A stretch of DNA of 64,000 nt from assembly GCA_041657885.1 (NCBI GenBank), contig JBBABB010000001.1:129094-193093 (forward strand), read 5' to 3'. The DNA comes from Minisyncoccota bacterium (GTDB lineage Bacteria; Patescibacteriota; Minisyncoccia; Phycocordibacterales; UBA9973). Position 1 is the first letter of the stretch. Each line of letters opens with the position of its first letter. A model generated the notes under the pieces. That model saw only the letters and a program-made list of their open reading frames with translations, was not told the DNA's origin and ran no database searches. The translations under genes were made by a program, and so were the position numbers. Positions 49,011-57,277 of the stretch are shown here, in pieces.

Positions 49011-49226
49011 ATGAATCAAAAAGACGACAAAAATATTGTTATAGGAACTGTTACTGAGGCTCTTCCTAATACTCTTTTTAGAGTTGATATAGGGAATGGG
49101 AAAATAATTATTTCTTATCTTGCTGGTAAAATGCGTATACATAGGATAAAAGTATTAGTTGGAGACAAGGTTGAAGTACTCCTTGATCCTTATGGTGGTA
49201 AAGGTAGGATCGTTAAAAGGAATTAG
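49011..49226 (+). CDS. infA: Translation initiation factor IF-1
   Basis: GTVTEALPNTLFRV, GKMRIHRIKVLVGDKV, GRIV. Confidence 0.96.
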   Translation: MNQKDDKNIVIGTVTEALPNTLFRVDIGNGKIIISYLAGKMRIHRIKVLVGDKVEVLLDPYGGKGRIVKRN

Positions 49227-49230
49227 GCTT

Positions 49231-49301
49231 GCCCCCACACCTATATTTTTATAGTTTTCAACGCAGGTTTTAACCTGCAATAAAAATATAGGTGTGGGGG
49301 C
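49231..49301. repeat. Long hairpin between infA and rpmJ
   Basis: 22-bp perfect arms GCCCCCACACCTATATTTTTAT; inner GCAGGTT-TT-AACCTGC. Confidence 0.8.
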
Positions 49302-49400
49302 TTGCTTATTTTATTAAAGTAGTGTATTATGAAAGGATATATGCTTACGTAAAAATACAGGGTGATAGCCCTATATTTTTCTTTAGCATTTAGATAAAGC

Positions 49401-49511
49401 ATGAAAATTAGATCTGCAGTTAAGAAAATTTGTACGAAATGTAAATTGATTAAGCGAAGTGGTCATCTTCGTGTTATTTGTTCTAATCCTAAACACAAAC
49501 AAAAACAATAA
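49401..49511 (+). CDS. rpmJ: 50S ribosomal protein L36 (not in ORF track)
   Basis: [36 protein letters not shown]. Confidence 0.97.
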   Translation: MKIRSAVKKICTKCKLIKRSGHLRVICSNPKHKQKQ

Positions 49512-49517
49512 TTTTAT

Positions 49518-49898
49518 ATGAGAATTTTCGGTATAACTATTCCAAATAATAAACATTTAGATGTAGGTTTAACATGCCTCTATGGTATAGGTATCTCTCG
49601 CGCCAGGAAAATTTTAGCTCAAGCTGACATTGCTCGAAACATTAAAGGTGATGCTCTGACTGTAGAACAAGAAAACGCAATACGAAAAATAATAGAAACA
49701 ATGTCCATAGAAGGTGGACTTAAACGTGAAGTTGCTTCAAATATAAAAAGATTAAAAGATATTAAAGCATATAGAGGGGTAAGACATATGCGCCGATTAC
49801 CTGTTCGTGGACAAAGAACAAAGACCAATTCCCGCACAGTCAGAGGCAATGTTCGTAAGACTATGGGTAGTGGTAGAAGAAAAGCAGAAAAGACTTAA
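49518..49898 (+). CDS. rpsM: 30S ribosomal protein S13
   Basis: LYGIG, YRGVRH..LPVRGQRTKTNSRT. Confidence 0.97.
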   Translation: MRIFGITIPNNKHLDVGLTCLYGIGISRARKILAQADIARNIKGDALTVEQENAIRKIIETMSIEGGLKREVASNIKRLKDIKAYRGVRHMRRLPVRGQRTKTNSRTVRGNVRKTMGSGRRKAEKT

Positions 49899-49902
49899 AA
49901 CC

Positions 49903-49960
49903 AGGTTACAGGGAATAGGTTATAGGTTATAGAGATTAATTCACTATAACCCATAACCTA
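49903..49960. repeat. Heptamer repeats forming an inverted pair
   Basis: AGGTTAC AGGGAAT AGGTTAT AGGTTAT ... CTATAAC CCATAAC CTA. Confidence 0.6.
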
Positions 49961-49970
49961 CCAAAATTAT

Positions 49971-50420
49971 ATGGGAAAGATAAAAATTATAACAAAAAAA
50001 GAAGAAGAAACGGAAATCTCTGAAAAGGTGATAGAGAATACTCCGAAACCAGGCGTGAAAGTTCCAAAGAAAAAAATTGTTTCAGGTACTTTACATGTAG
50101 AGGCCACTTTTAATAATACAAAAGTTGTTTTATCTGACAAAGAAGGAAATACTTTATTCTGGACTTCTGCTGGGGCCTTGGGGTTTAAGGGAGCCAAAAA
50201 GGGCACACCTTTTGCCGCCTCGAAAGCTGGCGCTGTCATAGGAGAAAAAGCTAAAGCACTCGGGGTTAAAGAAGTTGATGTCAAAGTAAAGGGAGTAGGT
50301 AGTGGTCGTGAGCCTACAATTCGTGCTTTTATGGCTTATGACATAGATATTACAGGAGTTAATGATGTCACTCCAGTTCCTCACAACGGACCAAAACCTA
50401 AAAAACCAAGAAGAGTATAA
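49971..50420 (+). CDS. rpsK: 30S ribosomal protein S11
   Basis: ATFNNT, GFKGAKKGTPFAA, DVTPVPHNG. Confidence 0.97.
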   Translation: MGKIKIITKKEEETEISEKVIENTPKPGVKVPKKKIVSGTLHVEATFNNTKVVLSDKEGNTLFWTSAGALGFKGAKKGTPFAASKAGAVIGEKAKALGVKEVDVKVKGVGSGREPTIRAFMAYDIDITGVNDVTPVPHNGPKPKKPRRV

Positions 50421-50434
50421 ATACTTGAAAAATT

Positions 50435-51043
50435 ATGAAACCTGTTAAAAAATATAAAATTGGGAGAAGATTAGGTTCAGGTGTGTTTGAAAAATGTCAA
50501 ACAACTAAGTTTGCTATGTCAGAAGCGCGTCACGCTAAAAATGCAAAAAATAAACGTCCCAAACCCCTTTCTGGTTATGCTCAGCAATTTATAGAAAAAC
50601 AAAAGGTTCGTTTTATGTATGGCATAAGTGAACGTCAATTCTCAAATTATATTAAAGAAGCTGTTGCACATAAAGGTACAACGGCTACCGAATATCTTTT
50701 TGAATTATTAGAAAACCGATTAGACAATGTTGTTTATAGATTGGGTTTGACTCACTCTCGTCGTCTTTCTCGTCAAATGGTTTCTCATGGTCATATTACT
50801 GTTAATGGAAAGAAAACAACTGTAGCGTCTCAACGTGTGAAAGTTGGAGATATAATAGCAGTCCGAGAAGGAAGCAAAAAGAGCGTACTCTTTTCCGATA
50901 TGGTTAACAAAATGAAAGAATATACTTGTCCAAACTGGTTGACATTTAATGCAGAGAGTCTTTCAGGAAAAATACAAGGTAAGCCTAAAAATATTGAGGG
51001 ATATATAGACCTCAATACAGTGTTAGAGTTTTATAGTCGTTAA
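50435..51043 (+). CDS. rpsD: 30S ribosomal protein S4
   Basis: EKQKVRFMYG, LENRLDNVVYRLG, EFYSR. Confidence 0.97.
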   Translation: MKPVKKYKIGRRLGSGVFEKCQTTKFAMSEARHAKNAKNKRPKPLSGYAQQFIEKQKVRFMYGISERQFSNYIKEAVAHKGTTATEYLFELLENRLDNVVYRLGLTHSRRLSRQMVSHGHITVNGKKTTVASQRVKVGDIIAVREGSKKSVLFSDMVNKMKEYTCPNWLTFNAESLSGKIQGKPKNIEGYIDLNTVLEFYSR

Positions 51044-51111
51044 GAGTAGCGTATGGTTAATTTTTAATAAATAATAATGAAGGCCTACAGTCTTCCAAAT
51101 ATCATATATCT

Positions 51112-52092
51112 ATGTCTGATTTAAATATTATATTACCATCAAAATTATCTATTGTCTCTGAAGCAGACAATAAAGGTGTCTATGAGATAGATGGTCTTTA
51201 TCCTGGGTATGGACACACCTTGGGTAATTCACTTCGCCGTATTATATTGTCATCTTTAACAGGTGCTGCCATTACATCTTTAAAAATAGATGGAGTAGAC
51301 CATGAATTTTCAGTTATTGATGGAGTAAAAGAGGATGTTATTACAATACTTCTTCATCTCAAACAAATTCGTTTTCGTTTAAATACTGATGAACCTCAAA
51401 CGGTTCGTCTTCACGTAAAAGGTCCTAAGCAAATCACAGCAAGTGATATAGAAGTAGGAGGTCAAGTAGAAGTTTTAAATGGTGATTTATACATTGCAGA
51501 AGTTACTGGTAAAAATGCTCTTTCTATAGAAATGACGGTGGAAAAAGGTTTAGGATTTCTTCCAAAGGAAATGCATCAAAAAACAAAAAACGAAGTAGGA
51601 ATTATATCTCTCGATGCAATATTCACTCCTATTCGTCGCGTAGCTTATGAAGTTGAGAATATGCGTGTTGGTGATAAAACAAACCACAATCGTCTACGTA
51701 TGACAATCGAAACTGATGGAACACTCTCTCCACGTGAAGCACTTGAAAAAGCTATCACAATTATGGTAGAACAATTACAATCCATTGTTGGTTTTACTAT
51801 TTCTCATAAAACTATTGAAAAAGAGACCGGGAAAGAAGAATCAAAAAAGGATGAAAAAGAAGAATCAAAAAAAGGAGAAAGTAATGAGTTTACAGATATA
51901 TTAAAAACCAGGATTGATACTCTTGATTTATCAACTCGCACACTTAACGCTTTAACTGATGCAAATATCAGAACAATAGGAGGAGTAGCAAGAAAGAAAA
52001 AAGAAGATTTATTAGAAATTGAGGGAATCGGTGATAAAGGTATCCAAGAGATCAAGAAAGTTCTCGGAGTGTACGGAATAACCCTAAAATAA
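51112..52092 (+). CDS. rpoA: RNA polymerase alpha subunit
   Basis: GYGHTLGNSLRRIILSS, HEFS, DAIFTPI, alpha-CTD LSTRTLNAL. Confidence 0.98.
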   Translation: MSDLNIILPSKLSIVSEADNKGVYEIDGLYPGYGHTLGNSLRRIILSSLTGAAITSLKIDGVDHEFSVIDGVKEDVITILLHLKQIRFRLNTDEPQTVRLHVKGPKQITASDIEVGGQVEVLNGDLYIAEVTGKNALSIEMTVEKGLGFLPKEMHQKTKNEVGIISLDAIFTPIRRVAYEVENMRVGDKTNHNRLRMTIETDGTLSPREALEKAITIMVEQLQSIVGFTISHKTIEKETGKEESKKDEKEESKKGESNEFTDILKTRIDTLDLSTRTLNALTDANIRTIGGVARKKKEDLLEIEGIGDKGIQEIKKVLGVYGITLK

Positions 52093-52115
52093 TTAAGAAT
52101 TAAGAATTAAGAAAT

Positions 52116-52469
52116 ATGCGACACCATAATAACATTAGAAAATTTGGAAGAACTAGAAGTCAACGCAATGCCTTATTGAAGGGTCTTATGCTTGCGCTTA
52201 TTGCTCATGGAAAAATAGAAACTACAGAAGCTAAGGCTAAAGAACTCCGTCCTGCAATAGAAAAAATGATTACAAAGGCAAATGTTGGAACTCTTGCCTC
52301 ACGTCGTTTAGTTATTTCACGTTTATACAATCTTACTGCCGAAGCAAATAAGTTAATCAATGAGATAGCCCCAAAATACAAAAATCGTACAGGTGGTTAT
52401 ACTCGCATTACCAAGCTCCCACGTCGAGGGGGAGATGCAAGTAAAATGGCAGTAATAGAGTTTGTTTAA
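52116..52469 (+). CDS. rplQ: 50S ribosomal protein L17
   Basis: MRHH, IETTEAKAKELR, GGYTRITK. Confidence 0.97.
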   Translation: MRHHNNIRKFGRTRSQRNALLKGLMLALIAHGKIETTEAKAKELRPAIEKMITKANVGTLASRRLVISRLYNLTAEANKLINEIAPKYKNRTGGYTRITKLPRRGGDASKMAVIEFV

Positions 52470-52491
52470 TTAGTAATAAGTAATTATTAAA

Positions 52492-52842
52492 ATGGCTACT
52501 ACATATACAATTGATGCGAGTGGGAAAGTATTTGGTCGTGTTGCAAGCGAGGTTGCGAAGAATCTTATGGGTAAAAATTTACCAGATTACACAGCAAATA
52601 AAGTCGCTGATGTAAAGGTCATAATCATAAATGCAAGTAAGACAAAAATGACAGAACGACGCATGAATGAAACTTTACACGAAAGATACTCTGGACAACC
52701 CGGAGGTTTTAAACAAGAAACAAATGCTAAGATTTTAGAGAAAAAGGGATGGATAGGTTTGTATGAATTAGCCGTCTATGGAATGTTACCATCAAACAAA
52801 TTAAGACCGCTTATGATGAAGCGTTTAATAATAAAAGATTAA
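52492..52842 (+). CDS. rplM: 50S ribosomal protein L13 (short)
   Basis: IDASGKVFGRVAS, IINA, SGQPGG, AVYGMLP. Confidence 0.93.
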   Translation: MATTYTIDASGKVFGRVASEVAKNLMGKNLPDYTANKVADVKVIIINASKTKMTERRMNETLHERYSGQPGGFKQETNAKILEKKGWIGLYELAVYGMLPSNKLRPLMMKRLIIKD

Positions 52843-52852
52843 TAAATATATT

Positions 52853-53314
52853 ATGGAAAAAAAAGCAACAAAAACAACAAAACCTGCCCGCAGTGCTTCG
52901 AGCACAGCTCGTGCAGGCGGGGAAAAGAAATATGTTAGAGCTATTGGTCGTCGTAAGACAGCTGTAGCCGTTGTTCGTCTTTATAAAGCAACAAAAAATT
53001 CATATTCTATAAATGGAAAAGATTTAACCGAATATTTTAAAACAGCTGACTTGAAAAAGATTGTAACTTCTGCATTTGAAACAGCCGTACCAGTAGGGAA
53101 ATTTGAAGTTGTTGTCACAACCAAAGGTGGTGGAATTCATTCACAAGCTGAAGCGGTTCGCCATGGTATATCCCGCGCATTAGTATTACATGATGGAGAA
53201 CTTCGTCATGTTCTTAAGAAAGCCAAAATGCTTAAACGTGACCCTCGTCAAGTTGAACGTAAAAAATTCGGGCTCAAGAAAGCAAGAAAGTCACCGCAGT
53301 GGTCTAAACGATAA
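52853..53314 (+). CDS. rpsI: 30S ribosomal protein S9 (with N-terminal repeat insert)
   Basis: GRRKTAVA, GGGIHSQA, ERKKFGLKKARKSPQWSKR. Confidence 0.97.
   Translation: MEKKATKTTKPARSASSTARAGGEKKYVRAIGRRKTAVAVVRLYKATKNSYSINGKDLTEYFKTADLKKIVTSAFETAVPVGKFEVVVTTKGGGIHSQAEAVRHGISRALVLHDGELRHVLKKAKMLKRDPRQVERKKFGLKKARKSPQWSKR
52883..52921 (+). repeat. 39-nt in-frame element (PARSASSTARAGG) in rpsI
   Basis: Same CCTGCCCGC...GCAGGCGGG termini and A/GAA flanks as the typA and mnmA inserts. Confidence 0.85.
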
Positions 53315-53319
53315 TAAGA

Positions 53320-53346
53320 AAAACTCCCCGTTCCGGGGAGTTTTTT
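53320..53346 (+). terminator. Intrinsic terminator after rpsI
   Basis: AAAACTCCCCG-TTC-CGGGGAGTTTTTT. Confidence 0.85.
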
Positions 53347-53397
53347 GTTAGGTGTTGCTTTAATTACAAAAAGTTGTACAATTTTAAGAAACTAAAA

Positions 53398-53652
53398 ATG
53401 GAGGGTATTATGAGTCATGAAATTGGAGTTGATATGAGGTCTGATTCTGAAAAACAAACCTCATTTTACAAGGGGATAAAAACAGTGCAAAAAATAAAGT
53501 GTGGCACAAGCGGATGTGAATATGAAAGTTCTTATCGATTCCGCATTTGTCCCCATTGCAAAAAAATCGATAACTTGTATGAAAAACCTACCGCAAAAGA
53601 AGGAGTGTCTGACCCCGAACTTGAGGGATATAATGGGTTCATACACAAATAA
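53398..53652 (+). CDS. Small hypothetical zinc-ribbon protein
   Basis: CGTSGC...CPHC; followed by terminator; start uncertain (53398 or 53410). Confidence 0.6.
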   Translation: MEGIMSHEIGVDMRSDSEKQTSFYKGIKTVQKIKCGTSGCEYESSYRFRICPHCKKIDNLYEKPTAKEGVSDPELEGYNGFIHK

Positions 53653-53657
53653 CATTT

Positions 53658-53694
53658 ACAGGAGACAATTTCGATGAAAGTGTCTCCTGTTTTT
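53658..53694 (+). terminator. Intrinsic terminator
   Basis: ACAGGAGACA...TGTCTCCTGT-TTTT. Confidence 0.65.
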
Positions 53695-53735
53695 AATTTT
53701 GCAAAATTGCATATTTTTTGTATACTAGTATCAAT

Positions 53736-54368
53736 ATGGATGAAGAAGAAATATCCGCCTCCGCTAAAAGCTACGGCGAGACAAAGGAAAATAAAATTGC
53801 AAATGAAGAAGATGAAACTGGTGAGAATTTTATTGACCTTGATGTTGTTGAGAGTACTGAAGATGGGGAAGAATTACCAGTGAAGGATGTCACAAAAAAA
53901 CTTCGCCAAGAAATAAAGAAACTCCAAAAAGAAAAAGAGGAATATTTGACTGGTTGGCAGAGAGCAAAAGCTGACTATATCAACCTCCAGAAAGAGCTCG
54001 ACCTCGTTCGGGTTAATGTTTCAATTTTAACGAGAGAAAAAATGACAGAAAAATTATTGCCTACCCTTGATAGTTTTGAGATGGCTTTCGCCAATAAAGA
54101 ACACTGGGAGAAAATAGATAAAGATTGGCAAGATGGAATTACTTCTATTTATCAGCAATTTATATCAGGGCTAGCCAATTCTGGAATTGAAAAAATAGAA
54201 GAGGCAGAAATTCCATTTGACCCAAATATTCACCAGTCAATAAGCGTGACTGAGACTAATGATGAATCAAAAAATCACACCGTAGAAAAAATACTCCAAG
54301 TTGGGTACAAAATAGGCGAGCGTGTTATCCGCCCAGCGAAAGTAACAATTTACGATTATAAGAAATAA
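53736..54368 (+). CDS. grpE: Nucleotide exchange factor GrpE
   Basis: WQRAKADYIN, LLPTLDSF, FDPNIHQ, GYKIGERVIRPAKV. Confidence 0.96.
   Translation: MDEEEISASAKSYGETKENKIANEEDETGENFIDLDVVESTEDGEELPVKDVTKKLRQEIKKLQKEKEEYLTGWQRAKADYINLQKELDLVRVNVSILTREKMTEKLLPTLDSFEMAFANKEHWEKIDKDWQDGITSIYQQFISGLANSGIEKIEEAEIPFDPNIHQSISVTETNDESKNHTVEKILQVGYKIGERVIRPAKVTIYDYKK
53754..53786 (+). repeat. 33-nt CCGCC...CGGCG element, in-frame in grpE
   Basis: TCCGCCTCCGCTAAAAGCTACGGCGAGACAAAG = SASAKSYGETK. Confidence 0.8.
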
Positions 54369-54460
54369 TAGTCGTTCCGCAGGATTATTAAAATTATTCG
54401 CGTTTTACCCAGAGTACTGGGTCCTACGCGACTCATAATTTAAACAATCCTGCTTCACTA
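54369..54460 (+). repeat. Structured repeat family B, copy 1
   Basis: GCAGGATT...CGCG..CCCAG-AGTA-CTGGG..CGCG...AATCCTGC; near-identical to 57160-57254. Confidence 0.9.
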
Positions 54461-54461
54461 A

Positions 54462-55007
54462 TTATTTACACGATGAGAGAAATTCTTTTTTGGTGGCTTC
54501 GTCAATTTTATCCGTTACAATAATCATCATTTCTGATGTGAGGTTTAAATCTTTTTTAATATTTATAAAAAGATGCTCATATGGATATATTGAAACCCAA
54601 ACAGAATTTTTTATACAAATAAATCCAGCTTTTTTAAGAAGATATCGAAGAGCTTCGCGTTCGCTTTTTCTTTCTTCAGGAAGGTCAAGAATGATTATTC
54701 TCCAATAGCCGTCCCAATTATTAGAAACAAGAGCTGTATCATCATCTAAAGCATTATTATTAAGACGCTTTTTACCCTCTTCTGATAGTCGGAAATATGG
54801 TTGGTAGTCCGACTGGAAACACTCTACAAGCCCGTCTGACGCTAGATTCTTTATAGAACGGGATATTGCATATTCTGGCCTATTTTTGCTTGTATAGACG
54901 CCTTTTATTGTATTTTCAACCTCTTTTTTAAGAGAATCGAAAGAAACTGCCTTTTTTCTGGCTAGGGTTTTGAAAATTGCCTTCTGGATTGATGATTTTT
55001 TCTCCAT
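54462..55007 (-). CDS. Second PaaX-like protein (wHTH + Cas2-like domain)
   Basis: FRLSEEGK, WDGYWRIIILDLPEERKSEREALRYLLKKAGF..KNSVWVSIYP; start at MEKKS. Confidence 0.85.
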   Translation of the reverse strand: MEKKSSIQKAIFKTLARKKAVSFDSLKKEVENTIKGVYTSKNRPEYAISRSIKNLASDGLVECFQSDYQPYFRLSEEGKKRLNNNALDDDTALVSNNWDGYWRIIILDLPEERKSEREALRYLLKKAGFICIKNSVWVSIYPYEHLFINIKKDLNLTSEMMIIVTDKIDEATKKEFLSSCK

Positions 55008-55045
55008 GTTGACAATTATATCACTATAATATATATTACACAATA

Positions 55046-55063
55046 ATTTCGTGGTCACGAAAT
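55046..55063. promoter_or_regulatory. Operator-like palindrome between PaaX-like gene and dnaK
   Basis: ATTTCGTG-GT-CACGAAAT. Confidence 0.45.
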
Positions 55064-55103
55064 ACTTGTCAAAAATAAAAGATGAGTATATAATTGGTTT
55101 AGA

Positions 55104-55188
55104 TTCTCCTCTTGAGGAGTACCCGTAGGGGGAGGTGGAGTATTCAAATGCATCCACCCCGGCTTTCAGCCACCCCTCAAGAGGGGAA
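55104..55188. repeat. CCCCTC multi-hairpin element, intergenic copy
   Basis: CTCCTC-TT-GAGGAG, GGAGGTGGA/TCCACCCC, GGCT-TTC-AGCC, CCCCTC-AA-GAGGGG. Confidence 0.8.
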
Positions 55189-55218
55189 TTAATACAAAAT
55201 TATTAATAATTAAAAATA

Positions 55219-55251
55219 GCCGCCTACGCTTGAAGCTATGGCGAGCCAAAG
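55219..55251 (+). repeat. CCGCC element in dnaK 5' UTR
   Basis: GCCGCCTACGCTTGAAGCTATGGCGAGCCAAAG. Confidence 0.7.
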
Positions 55252-55259
55252 AAAAATAT

Positions 55260-57161
55260 ATGGCAAAAATCATAGGTATAGATTTGGGTACAACAAATAG
55301 TGCGGTCGCAATAATTGAAGGTGGACAACCAAAAATTATAGAAAATATAGAAGGTGGTCGTACAACACCATCAGTAGTTGCTATTACCAAGAATGGTGAT
55401 CGAATGGTAGGACTTTTAGCAAAACGCCAAGCAGTCACAAATCCAGAAAATACTGTTTATGGGATTAAAAGATTTGTTGGTCATTTATATGATGACCCAG
55501 AAATAAAAAAAGATGAAAAAACTATTCCGTATAAAATTCAAAAAGGTTCAACTGGAGGTGTGGAAGTAAAAATGGGTGATCAATGGTTTCGTCCAGAAGA
55601 AATTTCAGCAAAAATTTTAGGAAAAATAAAAGCCGATGTTGAAGCAAAGCTCGGAGAGAAAATTACAGAAGCAGTTATCACTGTTCCTGCTTATTTTAAT
55701 GATGCTCAAAGAAAAGCAACCAAAGATGCTGGAATTATTGCCGGGCTGAGTGTTATGCGTATTATCAATGAACCTACTGCTGCCGCTCTTGCTTACGGGT
55801 TTAATAATAAAAAAAATGAAAAAATAGCTGTGTACGACTTTGGAGGTGGAACTTTTGATATTTCTGTTCTTGAAGTTGGAGATGATGTTATTGAAGTGAA
55901 ATCTACTGATGGCGACTCGCACATGGGTGGTGAAGATATTGACCAGAAAGTTGTAAAATGGATTGCTGATGAATATAAAAAAGAATCAGGTATTGATGTT
56001 ACAAAAGATATGCTTGCTCTACAGAGATTGAAAGAGGCGGCAGAAAAGACAAAGCATGAACTTTCCACAACCATGGAATCAGAAATAAATATTCCATTTA
56101 TTACTTCAGACGCCTCAGGTCCTAAGCATTTACTTTTGAAAATGACTAGAGCAACTCTTGAATCATTAGCCGAAGAATATATCACTCGCTCAATCGAAAT
56201 AACTAAAAGGGCATTTGAAGCTTCGCCATTTAAGATGAATGAAATTAATGAACTAATTCTTGTTGGCGGACAAACCAGAATGCCAGCTATATACGAAGCT
56301 GTTAAGAAATTGTTTGGACGTGAACCAAATCGTTCAATCAATCCAGATGAAGTTGTCGCACTCGGTGCTGCAGTTCAAGCAGGGGTTCTTCAAGGAGATG
56401 TTCGTGACGTTCTACTTCTTGATGTTATTCCATTATCTCTTGGAATTGAAACGTTAGGTGGAGTTGCTACTAAATTAGTTGACCGCAATACCACTATTCC
56501 AAGCTCAAAATCGCAAACATTTTCTACTGCGGCCGATAATCAAACATCTGTAGAAATTCATATTACTCAAGGTGAACGCCCAATGGCCTCTGATAACAAA
56601 TCTCTTGGAAGATTTATATTAGATGGAATTCCTCCAGCACCACGTGGCATGCCTCAAATTGAAGTTACTTTTGATGTAGATGCCAATGGAATACTTAATG
56701 TTAAGGCGAAAGATAAGGCCTCTGGCAAAGAACAATCTATTCGTATTGAAGCAAGTTCAGGGCTTACTGAAGCAGATATAAAGAAAATGCGTGATGAAGC
56801 GGAAGCACATGCTGGAGAGGACTTAAAGAAAAAAGAATTGGCAGATGAGAAAAATACAGCTGAGATGATAATCTTTACAGCCGAGAAATCATTAAAAGAA
56901 TATGGTGATAAAGTTCCAGCAGAAACAAAAACATTAATTGAAGAAAAGTTAGGAGCTGTTAGAACTGCAAAAGAAGGGTCTGATATAGGAGCAATCAAAA
57001 CTGCTATTGAAAACTTAACGACAGAACTTTCTAAAATTGGTGAAATAATGAATAAAGCAAATCAAGAAGCAAGTGCAAATGCAAATCAAAATCCAACCCC
57101 AGAAGAAAAAGGGGAAGAAATAAAAGATGCGGAAGTAAAAGAAGGGGAACAAAATAAATAG
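55260..57161 (+). CDS. dnaK: Chaperone DnaK
   Basis: [41 protein letters not shown]. Confidence 0.99.
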   Translation: MAKIIGIDLGTTNSAVAIIEGGQPKIIENIEGGRTTPSVVAITKNGDRMVGLLAKRQAVTNPENTVYGIKRFVGHLYDDPEIKKDEKTIPYKIQKGSTGGVEVKMGDQWFRPEEISAKILGKIKADVEAKLGEKITEAVITVPAYFNDAQRKATKDAGIIAGLSVMRIINEPTAAALAYGFNNKKNEKIAVYDFGGGTFDISVLEVGDDVIEVKSTDGDSHMGGEDIDQKVVKWIADEYKKESGIDVTKDMLALQRLKEAAEKTKHELSTTMESEINIPFITSDASGPKHLLLKMTRATLESLAEEYITRSIEITKRAFEASPFKMNEINELILVGGQTRMPAIYEAVKKLFGREPNRSINPDEVVALGAAVQAGVLQGDVRDVLLLDVIPLSLGIETLGGVATKLVDRNTTIPSSKSQTFSTAADNQTSVEIHITQGERPMASDNKSLGRFILDGIPPAPRGMPQIEVTFDVDANGILNVKAKDKASGKEQSIRIEASSGLTEADIKKMRDEAEAHAGEDLKKKELADEKNTAEMIIFTAEKSLKEYGDKVPAETKTLIEEKLGAVRTAKEGSDIGAIKTAIENLTTELSKIGEIMNKANQEASANANQNPTPEEKGEEIKDAEVKEGEQNK

Positions 57162-57254
57162 AGTCGTTTCGCAGGATTATTAAAATTATTCGCGCTTTAC
57201 CCAGAGTACTGGGGCCTACGCGACTCATAATTTCAACAAATCCTGCTCCACTCT
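57160..57254 (+). repeat. Structured repeat family B, copy 2
   Basis: Near-identical to 54369-54460; termini AGAGT/ACTCT instead of TAGT/ACTA. Confidence 0.9.
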
Positions 57255-57277
57255 TTTAAATTATATTAATATATTCC

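Noticed and set aside
55008-55157. 50-aa N-terminal extension of the second PaaX-like ORF
   Set aside because: Runs through the promoter region and a repeat element; MEKKS at 55007 fits better
53650-55260. CIRCE element for HrcA
   Set aside because: No TTAGCACTC-N9-GAGTGCTAA match seen upstream of grpE or dnaK
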